Below are positions 40,898 through 54,778 of a DNA stretch of 64,000 nt, piece after piece. Position numbers and translations under genes: made by a program. A model generated the notes under the pieces. That model was not told the DNA's origin. It ran no database searches and saw only the letters and a list, made by a program, of their open reading frames with translations. The first letter of the stretch is position 1; each line of letters starts with the position of its first letter. This stretch comes from Octopus vulgaris (Eukaryota). The stretch is taken from the NCBI GenBank assembly GCA_951406725.2, contig OX597815.1:148428001-148492000 (forward strand), written 5' to 3'.

Positions 40898-42328
40898 TTA
40901 ATGGTGACATGACAGATAAACAAAAGGCAATCTACGAAAGAATAAAGGTAAGACTGCAAGAGAACGATAGCGTCATTATTTGCAACCTTAAAAATGTTGA
41001 TCGATAGAAATCGAACCAAGAAACAAAAACTGTCAATGAAATTCTGATCTATATCAGAACAAACAACAGCACAGAAATAAATAATTTGATAAACTGGAGT
41101 ACTAGCGCAGACTGAGATCCTAATGTCGAAATTGAATGGACGGAGTAAGATCGAAGCTATCAATACCTGGGAGGTTATACTCCTTAGATAGGGAGCAGGA
41201 GTGCTCGCATGGGCAGTAGACGAACTAAACAACCAAACAACAAGTTACTAACTTGATATGGGTCACTCCACCCCAAAAGTGTCACAGACAGACTTTATGT
41301 ACCAAGAAAAAAGGGGAAGAAGACTTATTGGAAACGAACACAGCATTAGAGCAGAAAAAACAACATAGCATGGTATGTACAAAATGCCACAGAACCGATA
41401 TTATTTGAAGTATGAAGGTCAGGCTTGTGTAGGATGAAATACTGCAAAGAAGAAGCACTATACAAGAATTTGTAAACGAATGAAACTGAAAATAGATGGG
41501 TTAAGAAAAGAATGCAGGGTCAATTTCATAGGGATGTTGAAGATAAGGCAAAGAAAGAAAAACGATGGCTGTGGATGACGAAAGTGATTTAAACCGGAAA
41601 CAGAGGCTCTAATATGTGCTTCCCAAGAGCAAGCACTAAGAACAAACTACATAAAATAGACAACACAGCAGAAAGTGAGAAGGGCAAAATCGTTGCACAA
41701 AACGGTGAAACTGTATGGCATATTACCAGCGAATGTACGCCACAATCGCAGAAGGAATATAAGATACTCCACGCCAATAGAGCCAAGCTAGTCCACTGGA
41801 CAATTTGCAACAGGTATGAACTTGACAGTGCAAAAAATTGGTATGACCACAAACATGAAGGCATCGTTGAAAATCGAAATGCAAATATACTATGGGCTTT
41901 TATGATTCAGAGCGACCATGAGATAGAGAATAGGAAGCTGGACATAGTATTAATTGAGGAAGAAAACAAACTATGATGGATCATAGATATAGCATGCCAG
42001 CTGACAAGAAAGTCTGCGATAAGGTAGAAAGAAAAGTCGAGAGAATTGATAGGTTAGCATGGGACGTTAAGCAGTTGTGGTCGATAAAAAAGGTAGCAGT
42101 AGTACCAATAATTTTCGGAACCCTGGGAACAGTCAGCAAAAAGCTTGAGAAGTACATGGAACAAATAGGGGCTGCCTTAATGGTGGAGCACATGCAGAAA
42201 ACAGCACTGCTTGGAACCGCTCGAATGCTGCGGAAGGTGCTCGAAAAATAAGATGTGTTACCTCAGTCCACTGGTAGTGAACAGCTGACACTGTAATACA
42301 TCTCCAGCATTAGAAGCTGTGCAAAGGC
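40896..42328 (+). mobile_element. Decayed Dong/R4 copy lacking the RT core
   Basis: The pre-RT region (NLKNVDR...TEINNLI) joins directly to post-RT KLNGRSKIEAINTW. Then GETVWHITSEC, KLDIV, VVPIIFGTLG and QKTALLGTAR follow. (TAA)n flanks. Confidence 0.85.
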
Positions 42329-42343
42329 AATAATAATAATAAT

Positions 42344-42486
<143 letters not shown>

Positions 42487-42492
42487 TGATGG

Positions 42493-42525
<33 letters not shown>

Positions 42526-42919
42526 GTATGATGAAGATGATGAAGATGATGATGGTAATTATGGTGATAATGATGATGATGACGATGATGGTGATGATGA
42601 TGATGATGTTGATAAAATGTTTGTGTCTTACTCTCCCATCGAAGACGATGTATGAGTGACCAGCTTTTGCTTATCGACCTATACAAGTGAAATTGAATTG
42701 TACATTAACTCACCCACCCCCATTCAATTGATGTTGTCTGATTAAGTGCACGGAACACCGTGCAACAAGCGTGGAAATGGTTACAGAACAGTGTGAGATC
42801 AGGTGTTAATCTCAAGAAAACGACGTACACACTGATCTAGGAATTGAAACAACTATCTGGTGATCGAAAGTGTACCACCCTAACCACTAGTCCTTCCTTC
42901 CTCACAAAACAATCTATTC

Positions 42920-43332
42920 TAATAAATTTGGGGAAGAGGACTTGTGGATCATATGGACACAAGTGTTTCACTGATACACAATTTATCGACCCCGAAAGGA
43001 TAAAGGGCATAGCTGACCTCAGCGAAATTTGAACTCAGAACGTAAAGACGGTTAAAATTCCGCTAAGCATGTTAGCCGGCGTGCTAACAAATCTCCTAGC
43101 TCGCCGCCTTAATAGTAATCTTTTCTACTCAAAGCAGAAGGTCGGAAATTTTGGGGAGGAGGCCAGTGAATTAGATCAACCCCAGCACGCAACTGGCACT
43201 TAATTTGTCGACCCTGAAAGGATGAAATACAAAGTTGACCTCGGCGGAATTTGAACTCAGAATGAAAAGACTGTCAAAATACCGCTAAGCATTCCGCCCG
43301 GCGTGCTAACTATTGTGCCAGCTTGCCACCTT
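42920..43332 (-). mobile_element. Two tandem SINE copies (ggcggcgag family)
   Basis: Heads at ~43108 (ctcgccgcctt) and ~43332 (cttgccacctt), each with ttgaactcagaa and tcgaccc. Confidence 0.8.
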
Positions 43333-43889
43333 ATTAGTAATAATAATAACAATTTTCATTATAATAGGAATTTCGATGAGAATAGATTTAGATTATACTG
43401 TGGCACGCATTACTTGAGTGGCACTTTAATATAGCGAACCTGGTAATATAAACTGAAAAGTTAAACAGTTGGATTTGAAGGTAGAATTTGCAGCCTCAAG
43501 ACAAACATTTCTTGTGAAACTTTAACGATTCTATTAGCCGAGTGTTTAGCATATTTACAACAATACCAGCAGAATTGCAAGGAAAACAAATCGCAGCAAC
43601 GCTAAAATGGTAATAATACAAAAACCAATAGCAATTACATAGAGCACAAGAAAATGTAAACAAGACGGTAGCTATAATAGCCACAAGACAGGTAATAAAT
43701 ATAGTACATATTTACATATAAAAGCGAAACAAGTGAGAGCTCTTTTATGGTGCGGCGAATTCATGTCTTCTTACTTTCCAAAATTCAAGAACAATGTGCT
43801 CTAAAATACACTACAGTAGAAATGTGTTTTGTGAAAACAGTTCACAAAAATAATTATTCACGGGAATGTGGGATCAGCTGAAGGATATA

Positions 43890-44255
43890 TTCTTTTCTTT
43901 TCTACTCTAAGCAAAAGGCACGAAATTTTGGGAAGAGGGTCCAGTCGGTTAGATCGACCCCATTACGCAAGTGTTATTTAATTTATCGACCCCCGAAAGG
44001 ATGAAAGGCAAAGTCGACCTCGGTGGAATTCAGAATTCACAAGGGGTTAAACACAGAGAGGACAAACAAGGACATACAAACGGATTAAGTCGATTATATC
44101 GACCCCAGTGCATAACTGGTACTTATTTAATCGACCCCGAAAGGATGAAGGGCAAAGTCGACCTCGGCGGAATTTGAACTCAGAACATAGCGGGAGACGA
44201 AATACCGCTAAGCATTTCTCCCGACGTGCAAATATTTCTGCCAAACCGCCACCCT
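43890..44255 (-). mobile_element. Two nested or tandem SINE copies (ggcggcgag family)
   Basis: tcgacccc...gaaaggatgaa.ggcaaagtcgacctcgg occurs twice (~43986 and ~44131). Confidence 0.8.
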
Positions 44256-44774
44256 GGCTGAAGGAAATATTAACAGAAAGGCTGAACTAAGTAACATTGT
44301 AAGCAACCGGCAGCGCTTGTTTTCTTTTACTTTACTTCATTTTCTGCAGAAATAAATTATTTGCTTACTTTTAAACCAATGGAATGGATTAATAGGAATA
44401 AGATATAACTATATATCTAGGTCAATTTTAGTGAACCAACATGTTTTTAAGTCTACATTATTTAAATATTTCCTTGATATATCTGAGATTTGTATGTCAA
44501 TTAAATTAGAAACAGTTGTCCAAAAACAATACGTGAGTCCAGGTTTAATTTTTTTTCTTTCTGTCTGGTCCTACACATTCAACGCAAATAGAATGGATTC
44601 TTCAGGAAAAGAATGCCCACAGAAAGACATTTGTAAAATGACCACGTGCTTAGTTTCTGCATACAATGTTCCTTTTCCCTTTACCCATATCTTAACCTGA
44701 GTGTACAATTTATAAAAATATCTATCATAGGGTGTCATTTATAGAAATTCGTTGCATTTAATTGGCGTATTCAT

Positions 44775-45046
44775 ATTATTCAAACCTCAAAGAATCCCTC
44801 TCAACACATAGCTATGATGCTCCCCCACTACTCCTGCTTGTGATCAGAGATGCACATATCGTCAGCCACTAAGGGACATGCTCGACTGGTTAAAGTCAAG
44901 CATCTGACAAGAAAATCTGTGGTATTGAGCAGAATATTTGCTGTAGACCATCTTTTATACCAAGGCAAAACAATGGACATGATAACACTTCCAATCAGTT
45001 GAGATTAGAAGCCATGATAGCCACTGCCTTGTACTGCATCAGGGCT
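44775..45046. mobile_element. Partial copy of the ~520-bp TAA-associated repeat
   Basis: aagaatccctctcaacac...gtactgcatcagggc matches 48090..48331. Confidence 0.8.
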
Positions 45047-45052
45047 TTACTG

Positions 45053-45115
<63 letters not shown>

Positions 45116-47622
45116 GTTTTTTCCTTCTTTTTTCAAATTTTCTTCTGTTTCTAGCCTGTGATTTGCATACACCTAGGGCAGAGAAGCTCAATGTATGCAT
45201 TCCCAGATTACACACGCAAATTCACAGATAAAACATGTATTTAAAAATTAATAAATAAATAAATTCATGGATGGATGTTGTTTTCACAGCGATAATGCTC
45301 TTCTCAGTACATGAGCCGTTCCAGTTAATACGATTTTTTGCACTTCCTGTAGGGATGGTAAGCCTGGAATATATTTTCAAATAGGTTTCAGTAGCTTTTT
45401 TTAAAATCATTTCTAGAGATCCTACAGTCATTGGTACTGTAGTCGCCTTGAGACGCCACATTTTTTCAATTTCTGTTAGCAGGTTTTATATTTACTAATC
45501 TTGTCAAATTCTTTCGCCGCTATATTGTGATCGCAAGGGATACTCATGTCAATTGATAAACACATGTTTTTTGCTTGATCTTTTATAATAATAGTGATTT
45601 ATTAGCTTTTATAGTATTGTCGGTCTGTACGGGGAAGACCCATAGAATCGACACATTTTCTTCCTCAGTCACAGCTTCAGGATGGTGTTTATAACATTTT
45701 TCAGCGGTTTTGATTTTATAATACCGAAATATTGGCCAATTTAAATACTGGCCGACTCTGACATGTCTTGCTTTATATTCTGCAGGTGCTAAGACTCTAC
45801 ACCCTGAGATTAGGTGGTCTATTGTTTCAATCTCATCGTTACAGAATCGGCATTTTGGGTCAGCTCCATTTTTAATCACATTGGCTTGGTAGTTCCGGGT
45901 TAATAAGCTTTGGACTTGGGCAGCTAATATGAAACCTTCACTCTCTGCTTTTAGCGATGAGCTTCGTAACCATTGGTGCATATGTTTCTGGTCGACATCA
46001 GCTTGTTTGCTACGGGCCACATACTTGCCATGGAGAGGTTTCTGTTCCCATCTGCTAGCTAAATTTTCATGTGCTTTTGTCTTTGCAATTAATTCTATTT
46101 TCTTTGCAGCTGCAGTTGGCGCATTTCCTTCAGCCTGATCAATCTGGTGGGTATCTAAGAGATCAGCAGCGAATTTTTTGCTCTCTTTGTGAATAGAGTG
46201 AAGTCTTTTCAGTCTTTCATGTTTTTCAACAAGTTTTAGCATCCAATCGTTGGTTGCTTCAGGGTATTTGGCCAATCCGATTGTAGTGGTTTTGTATGTA
46301 AGTTCAAGCTGGATCAAACCTCGACCTACCTGAGCTCTGGGAAGGTAAAGGCGATCCACGTCTGCCTTTGGATGGTGCATCTTATTACAAGTCAGTAGCT
46401 TGCGGATTTTTCTGTCAATTTTCATTATTTCTCTGGTATTCCAGTTAAGCAGATTGAAGCTATAAATAACAACTGGTACTGCTAAGGAATTTATGGCTAA
46501 CACCTTATTATATGCATTCAGCTCAGACTTCAGGACTGCTCGAACTCTTCTATAACATTCCTTCCTAACCTTCTCTTTCATGCATGCTGGATACCAGAGC
46601 CTTCATTTATTCCTAAGTATTTATAGGTTTGTTCCTGCTCAAGTTCCTTTATTACTATTTCGACATCTAATTCGATTGAACTAGACTTTACCAATTCCCC
46701 TTTCTTAAAAGTGGTTTTGGCACAGTTTTCAAGGCCAAACTCCATCCCGGTATCATTGAATCTTTTCACGGTATGTAATAATCCTTCAAGCTCTTCATCA
46801 TTTTTGCCATATAGCTTTAAATCATCCATATAAAATAGATGGCTTATTTTCCTGTTGTCAATTTTGTAGCCATATCCTGTTCTATTCAGTTCAATTGAGA
46901 GTGGTATTAGTGCCATACAGAAAATTAGTGGTGAAAGTGAGTCATCTTGGAAAATTCCACAGTTTATGCTAATGTTGTTTGAACGCAATACTCTATTAGG
47001 ATGATATAATTGGAGCTTCGTGTTCCATAGTGACATATTATACTTTAAAAAATCAGGAGAAATTTTGAAAATGTCCAGCGATTTCAGAATCCACGAATGC
47101 GGTATGCTGTCAAAAGCTTTTTAATAATCAATCCATGAAGGGCGGAGATTTCTGCGCTTGTTATGGCAGTTCTGAAGGATCATGCGATTAATTAGGAGCT
47201 GATCTTTGCATCCATATGAGCCTCGTCTGCATCCTTTTTGTTCAGTGGTAAAGAGGTTATTCTCTTCCATAAACGTATATGTTTTCTCTACTAGAATAGA
47301 TGTCAAAATCTTATAGGAGGTAGATAAACATGATATAGGCCGGTAACTTTTTGGGTCGTTCGTTTTGTTATTTTTGGGAGGAGGTAAGTAATGCCATTTT
47401 CCATCCAATGGGTTTTTTTTCGGGTCTTTCATAATACTATTAAATAGTATTACTAACATTTTGTGTGCGGACGAGAGCGATGAGAGCCAGAAATTTGGTA
47501 CTCTATCAAGAACAGAGGATTTCCACTTATGAGCCTTCGTTAGTGCTCTCCTTAGGTTGGCGAATGAGATGTCTTCCCATACCTGTTCTTGTAGATTTTT
47601 GTAGTCATCTTGGGTGCGTTTG

Positions 47623-47624
<2 letters not shown>
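45116..47624 (-). mobile_element. Longest Dong/R4 copy (5'-truncated, frameshifted RT-CCHC-RLE)
   Basis: YRPISCL, EQKGCRRGSYGCKDQL, GIFQDDSLSP, HLFYMDDLKL, CRFCNDEIETIDHLISGC, LTGTAHVLR. ORFs 47121..47459, 46578..47036 and 45583..46581. (TTA)n on both flanks. Confidence 0.93.
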
Positions 47625-47692
<68 letters not shown>

Positions 47693-47712
47693 GTTGTTGT
47701 TGTTGTTGTTGC

Positions 47713-47830
<118 letters not shown>

Positions 47831-48331
47831 GAGTGAGAAAGCAGTGCATGCCATCAAAGTGACACTGGGGAAAATACATAAAATGTCCAGTTTACCCATC
47901 ATGAACACACGGCTGATAAGGGAACACCAGGCACATGCATTACAACAATATGTACGAGACAGGTGGAGCCCACTTAGAATTTTCTTCAGGTCAAGTAGCC
48001 CATGCCGCTCAAAAGGTCCCTGAATGAAAGCTGTTTAAGGATGTTGAATTAAACACCAATATCTCCAAATGTGAATTATTATAACCCCAAAGAATTCCTC
48101 TCAACACATGGCTATGATCTCCCCCACTACTTGTGTACGTGATCAGAGATGCACATATCGTCAGCCAGTAAGGGACATATTCAAATGGTTAAGATCAAAC
48201 AATTGACAAGCAAATCTGTGGTATTTGCTGTAGCCTTTCTTTTATACCAAGACAAGGCAATGTTCATGATAACACTTCTAATCAGCTAAGATCAGAAGTC
48301 GTGAAAGCCACTGCCTGATATTGCATCAGGA
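47831..48331. mobile_element. Full copy of the ~520-bp TAA-associated repeat (inverted relative to 34996..35520)
   Basis: (tta)n-ttgagtgagaaagcagtgcatgcc ... ttgcatcaggac-(att)n. Confidence 0.8.
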
Positions 48332-48343
48332 CATTATTATTAT

Positions 48344-48375
<32 letters not shown>

Positions 48376-48732
48376 CCATCATCATCGTCATCATTATCAT
48401 CATGGCCCAGGTTGGTTCTTATTCCAAAGAGGAATTATGTAGGTAATCGGTTACTACATATACCCTAAGTTACCCACAAGCTTTCAGCAGGCCTTCAAGG
48501 GCTTAGAATCTTCCTTGTTGTCCTTAAGAGAAAACTTTCTGTAGGAGTTCCACCAGGGTCTTTATTTCAATCTCTTTCATCTACTTTCCTATGTCATCGC
48601 TTAACGTTCCCAACCTACCAATTATTATACGCTCCACCGTTTACATTTAGTTTGCTCTAAATTACTTCTATTTCAAAATTTTTATTTCAACATTCCTTTT
48701 TTAAAGTTTTGTCTTACTTTCTCTTTCTGTAG

Positions 48733-48767
48733 GATTCCAGAAACAAACAGTCTTGTTGTGTCGATAA
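48733..48767 (+). other. Candidate 35-nt exon
   Basis: cttactttctctttctgtag|GATTCC...GTCGATAA|gtaagc, with strong acceptor and donor. Reading frame unknown. Confidence 0.3.
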
Positions 48768-48896
48768 GTAAGCAACTTCGCGTTTGCTTACCAACATTCG
48801 TTATATTTGGTCTATTACTTTCTAATTTCTTATCCCTTTACATAGGAATGTCTCCAAAAATCTAATATTTCTCCGAATCCTTATCATTATTATCAT

Positions 48897-49293
48897 TGCT
48901 TTGCACAGCTTCTAACGCTGGATATGTATTACTGCGCCAGCTCTTCACTACCGGTGAACTAAGGTAACACTCCTTATTTTTCGAGGACCATCCGGAGTAT
49001 TCGAGCGGTTCCAAGCAATGCTGTTTTCTGCAAGTGATCCGCCCTTATTGCGGCCCCAATTTGTTCCACGTACTTCTCGAGATTCTTGTTCACTGTTGCC
49101 AGGTTTCCAACAATTATTGGTACTACTGCTACGTTTTTCCTCGACCACAACTACTTAACCTCCCAAGTTAACCTATCATATCTCTCGACTTTTCTTTCTT
49201 CCTTATCGCATACCTTGTTGTCAGTTGGGCATGCTATATCTATGATCCATCATAGTTTGTTTTCTTTCTCAATTAAGACTATGTCTGGCCTCC
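48897..49293 (-). mobile_element. Short 3' fragment of Dong/R4, same family as 40896..42328
   Basis: RRPDIVLIEKENKL, VVPIIVG, and a 3'UTR ending gttagaagctgtgcaaagcaatg. Confidence 0.85.
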
Positions 49294-49330
49294 TAATCAT
49301 CATCATCTTCTTCTTCTGCTTCTTCTTCTT

Positions 49331-49427
<97 letters not shown>

Positions 49428-49428
<1 letters not shown>

Positions 49429-49640
49429 GGCGGTGAGCTGGCAGAATCGTTCGCACACCGGGTGAAATGCTTAGCGGTATTTTGCTCGTCTCAGCGTTCT
49501 GTGTTCTAATTTCCCCGAGTTCGACTTTATTGTTCATCATTTCGGAGTCTATAAATTAAGTACCAGTGAAACATTGGGGTTGGTCTAGTGCAGAAGATCC
49601 CTTCAAAAAAATTTCAGGGCTTCTTACTTTTGTATGAATC
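49428..49640 (+). mobile_element. SINE (ggcggcgag family) at the end of a (TTA)n array
   Basis: aaggcggtgagctggcagaatcgttcgcacaccggg... Confidence 0.8.
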
Positions 49641-49789
49641 ATCATCATCATCATCATCATAATCATCATAATCATCATCATTATTAGTAACGCAAAATTA
49701 ATGATAATGATGATGATTATGATGATGACGACGACAACAACGACGTTGATGATAACTCCGATGAATACGACGGCGCTATTGATGACGAC

Positions 49790-51715
49790 GATGGCCTAGG
49801 GAGACAATAAGAAGTCAGTAGCACAGCTTGATAGTAGGATCCATGGACGATATGACTGACACTCAAAAGGTTTGTATCTCATGTCATGAAGCTCTGGTAA
49901 ACATCATTAATCTTCATCTCGGTCACACCGACTCTAAACTTGGGAGTAATCTATCAATTGTGGAATGTTTCAAGGAGAATCATTATCTCCATTGTTAGAC
50001 TGTTTAGTACTGTTTTCCCGAAAGAAATCCTGAATGAAATAAATTACGGATACAAAGTGTATGAAAATAACCATCAATCATATTCTTTGTATGAATAACT
50101 TAAAAGTGTTTGCGAAAAATGATCGTCGGGTTCAGGTACTTCTTCACACAATCAAACAATTTAGTAATAGCATCAAAATGGACATTGAGCATGACAAATG
50201 CGCCAAGTCAAAGAAAACTATAGAAAACATGCGATATCATCCTAGAACGAGATTCCGAAATAAAAGATTTAAAACCTGAGGTCAGTGTTAAGTATCTAGG
50301 AGACAGTGAAGATGGGATTAAACATTCACTAATGAGAGAAAATATAAGAAGGAGTGTTATCAGACAATAAGATGTGTTCTGAAAAATCTAGTAGAATCCG
50401 AGAATGAAAACTTTATAAACACGCTATGATCCATAATCACATACAACTTCACAATGTTATGAACTGGTTGATTTCTGAGAACCAAAAACCATTGTCAAAA
50501 TTTGGAAGTTGATGAGATTGTATCACCCAAAGCAGATAAGGATCGAAATACATTCCGAGAAATTAAAGATGGAAACAGAGATCTCCACACATCTGCACAC
50601 GTACTGAAAATTGTAACCGCGAAACTTTCTGACAATCTGCAGCCCGTAAAAGATTGGATGTTATTAATGCTGGTTTTCAAATTAGAAGGTGAAAATTTGC
50701 TGCACTTAGTGATGGAAAACGCATTAATACATATTCGAGAAATGCAGCTAGTTGAATCAGTACTCGAAGAAAACATGTCCCCAACTGATACGTCAATAGA
50801 AAATATATAACGAAACAAACCAGCCCCCAATATACTAAGGAGAAATGGGAGCACAAGTCCTGTGGAGAAGGGACACCGATATAGAGCAAAACCTTACACA
50901 TCAATGGCTGACTTGCTCTCGGTTTCAATCAGAATCTAATAGAGGATATATTTGCTACTCAGAGTCAAAACCTCCCAACTAAGAAGTATTGTTCTGAAAT
51001 TTGAAAGCAGTCAACTGTGTCAAATATATGGAAAACGTCGAGACACAATCGATCGTATAATCTCTTGATGCAATTGGCTGGTAGCGAGAGAAAACTAGTA
51101 AAGTCTTAACAAAGGTAGACAGTAATACTCTGGTAGGTACCGTATTCATGTAACCTCTCTCACAAGAACAGGTAGAGGCACACACCATCACAATTTGTAG
51201 AGGAGGCTGAGGATACCATTCTTTGGAATTTCAGTGTTCAGACTGATCGAGAAAATAGGTTGACCGAGGAGATATCGTAAAAAGATCATGTTCAAAATAA
51301 TTGCTTTTATTTGATTTTGCAGTCCCAGTTGACAAAAATATTTCTCTTACAACGTTTGACAAACTGAGAATATATAAATATCAGGAAATTGAAAATAGAA
51401 GAATTTGGCAACTCAAGGAAATAACACAACACATTGTTATTGGGACACTTGTAATATCATGCCGAGCAAATATCCAAATGCCTGCTAACTCCAAAATAAT
51501 TGAATTGCAAACTGTCATACCTGTGGGAACTTATTCCTGCTCCATATAAATGTAACTTTAATTCGGTATGATATTTTTTCCAGGAGACGTACATGTTTAG
51601 CTTGTGGGTGTCACGTCACCTGTAGGAATGTTTAGATGCAAAATCTTATTGACGCTTGATGTCTCTAGCTCAGACCCACCTGCGATTGGCATAAATTAAA
51701 GCAAATCCAAAATGT
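49790..51715 (+). mobile_element. Highly decayed Dong/R4 copy
   Basis: GMFQGESLSPL-like, INHILCMNNLKVFAK (decayed YMDD), DKCAK, KYLG, ILWNFSVQTD, LLFDFAVPVD. Confidence 0.75.
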
Positions 51716-52399
51716 AGCGGCAACATCAACGACGACGGTGACAACAACAACAACAACAACAACAGCAACAATAACTGCAGCAGCAAAAGTGATAATAACA
51801 ACAGCTCAGAGAAAAATATGGATTGATTTCATACGAAAAGTCGATAAGGCAAGAAACATCATACGGGTTTGAATGAGTTGAAGACCTTTTATTCAACAAA
51901 TAATAACTTCGCGATTAATGGATAAAAACTCTTTCTGTACTGTTAGAAATTGAAAACCACCAACCGACATATCATACAAATAATATCAAATAATGGAATT
52001 ATTTGTAAAATATACACAAAACAAGAAAAAATGGATTCTATGTAATATTTCAAATGGTGAAACAACCTAGAGCAATTATATTTCTTCTGAAACCATGAAT
52101 ACACACCGGCCTTTTAAGTTTTCCAGACCCTCATTACGTATAGGAAGCTATATTTTACGGATAATAATACAACTGCTTGATGCCGTAAATCAATCCAGAA
52201 AGATCAAAAGATTTCCCGCTATAACAATCTCATAATTTTATACAATACAATGTACGCTCTCCGCTGCGTCCTTACCTCAATTTGTTAAGACAGAATGGCG
52301 CGATTTCATGGAAATCAGCTTAATACTTCTAGAAAGCATCCCAGCGCGATAGTTGTTTCTCTTTTGGTGCGATGATAAATTTTATCTTGATCTTACAAC

Positions 52400-53010
52400 T
52401 GACAAATTTGATGATGATGATGATGATGACGACGTGAATGATGTTAAGGAAGAGCAAAAGTAATAAGACGGTTAAGAAAAGTAGAGAAAGAAATATAAGC
52501 ACGCAATGGACGATGAAGATCACAGAGGAGACGATGTGGACAAGGATGACCATTACAGCCACAGTGATGACGATTAAGAAGATGTGGATGGTGTTAATGG
52601 TGTTGGTAATATTAGTATTGGTGTTAGTACTATGGCAGTGACTATAATGATGATGACGACGACGACGATGATGATGATCATGATGATGACGATGATGATA
52701 ATGACGATGATGATGACGTTGACGACGACGATGATGATGATGAAGACAATACTGATTATGATGATAATGATGATCATGATCATGATGATGATGATGTAGA
52801 TGAAGACGGTGACGGTTACGACGTTGCTGATGAGGGTGATAACGAGGACGACGTTGATGATGATGCTGACGATCATGTTGCTTATGATGACGACGACGAC
52901 AACGACGGCGACGACGACGACGTTGATGATGATGTCGACGATCATGTTGTTGATGATGACGACGACGACGACCATGATGATGATGATGATGTTCATGATG
53001 ACGATACGAC
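52400..53010. repeat. Degenerate (GAT/GAC)n trinucleotide array
   Basis: Direct reading. It generates spurious His-, Met- and Ile-rich ORFs in most frames. Confidence 0.9.
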
Positions 53011-54447
53011 AACGATGTGGCTGTTCATTATTATTCATCAAACATAACAATTCGAACCGGAATATCTGTTAACTAAAATCGGCATGCGATACTTAAAAAT
53101 TATAGATATGACTAGCTTAAAAACCGCCCTATCGACCACTATTAAGCTAGCTCCTGCAGAGATCACTCTATTTTGCTTTGGGTCCAACAATGGCACTTCA
53201 AGCATTGAGTACATATTAAATTTTATTAAACTTGAGCAATATTTTTCAAGCAATGAACAATTTTCATAAAAACAATGATATACTTGGCGGACTTGATGCA
53301 TGAAAAACAACAGCTGCGTGATAAACAACAGTACCACCACCATGGACAACATATCTGTCATGCACACACCATTCAGATTTCTGACGCCATAACCATCACA
53401 ACAATTGACTTCGCCGCCTTCCCTTCCACCACCATCACCACTGTGTTTGACATCGCTTACTCTCACCGTTATCCTAGACCGACTCGGCTACCCCCACTAC
53501 CATCACAACTATCATCACCGCTGCCTCCACCTCTATCACAACAACAGTTCATACTATTGCTATCACACTTTTAACATCAGTGTTCAGTATGTTAGTTCAG
53601 TATGTTGGATCAGTGTTCAGTCCGTCTCTCTTTATCTCACCCACGCTTTATCTCTCTCATATTATTACCCCCACTGCTACCGTCTAAATTAACACGTTTA
53701 ATAAACATTACCAATTGTCCTTAAATTTCTTTGTCTGTCTTTCTCTCTATCACTCTCTGTCTTCACCACCGCACCCAACGTCTCTATCGTGAACGATAGT
53801 AGTAGTGTCATTGAACTGTGAGAGGGGGGGGTGAGAATGTGACACACTGACACACGGAAATTAGTTTGCGCATTTATTATATTAGATGGCAACGATATCA
53901 CGAAGCAGTGTGGATTAAAAACTAAAACAAAACTTACTACATGCACAAAAGTGCAAGTAGCACGTATATGGAAACCCATATAATGATCGAAATAATTTAG
54001 AAAGGCAAAGGCAACAGCAGCAACAACTATAGCAAAATTTACAAACAATTAAATCAGAGAAACATTATATAAAATGCATATGAAGTATGAGATCTGAAGA
54101 AAAATCGTGAAACTGAAAATATGTACGTAAAAATCATACGTGTGTATATTTGGGTGTATGTGCATGTGAGTAAATGTGTGTGGATGTGCGTGGTATGTGT
54201 GTGGATTCGTTAGATCGTCTGCTATAATATCAAATCGTCATTGCATGAAAGCCAATCGGAGTAAGTACTTTAAGTACCCCATGTTCTTTAAGCAATTCAC
54301 CCATACTTCAACAGAATACTAAGAGCAGAGACAAAAACGGGAATTATCTAAGAAGTTAGGGTTGCCGGGTGCAACTACGCATTAACTCATTTATCTGTTT
54401 ATCTATCTATCTATCTGTATGTCTGTCTTTCTATCAATCAACTTATG

Positions 54448-54478
<31 letters not shown>

Positions 54479-54536
54479 GCATACACATATTTGTATAGAT
54501 AAACATATGCTTATATACACACACACACAGACACAG

Positions 54537-54587
<51 letters not shown>

Positions 54588-54608
54588 TACACATATATAT
54601 ACATATAC

Positions 54609-54662
<54 letters not shown>

Positions 54663-54717
54663 GTAAGAAAATATATATATTAAGGAAAAATATAGATTCA
54701 AATAGGTAATATATAAG

Positions 54718-54750
54718 ATCATGTATAGTGATAGCGAAACCGGTCGATAT
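54718..54750 (+). ncRNA. Second copy of the A3:U8 hammerhead-like motif
   Basis: atc-ATGTATA-gt-gata-gc-GAAA-ccgg-TC-gat, with flanks homologous to 6520..6640. Confidence 0.45.
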
Positions 54751-54778
54751 ATTAAAGATTATATTAAAACTATGTAAA

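Noticed and set aside
52329-53012. 227-aa His/Arg-rich ORF resembling a metal-binding or structural protein
   Set aside because: It starts at TTG just after an in-frame stop, lies in a degenerate GAT/GAC array open in most frames, and has no splice support.
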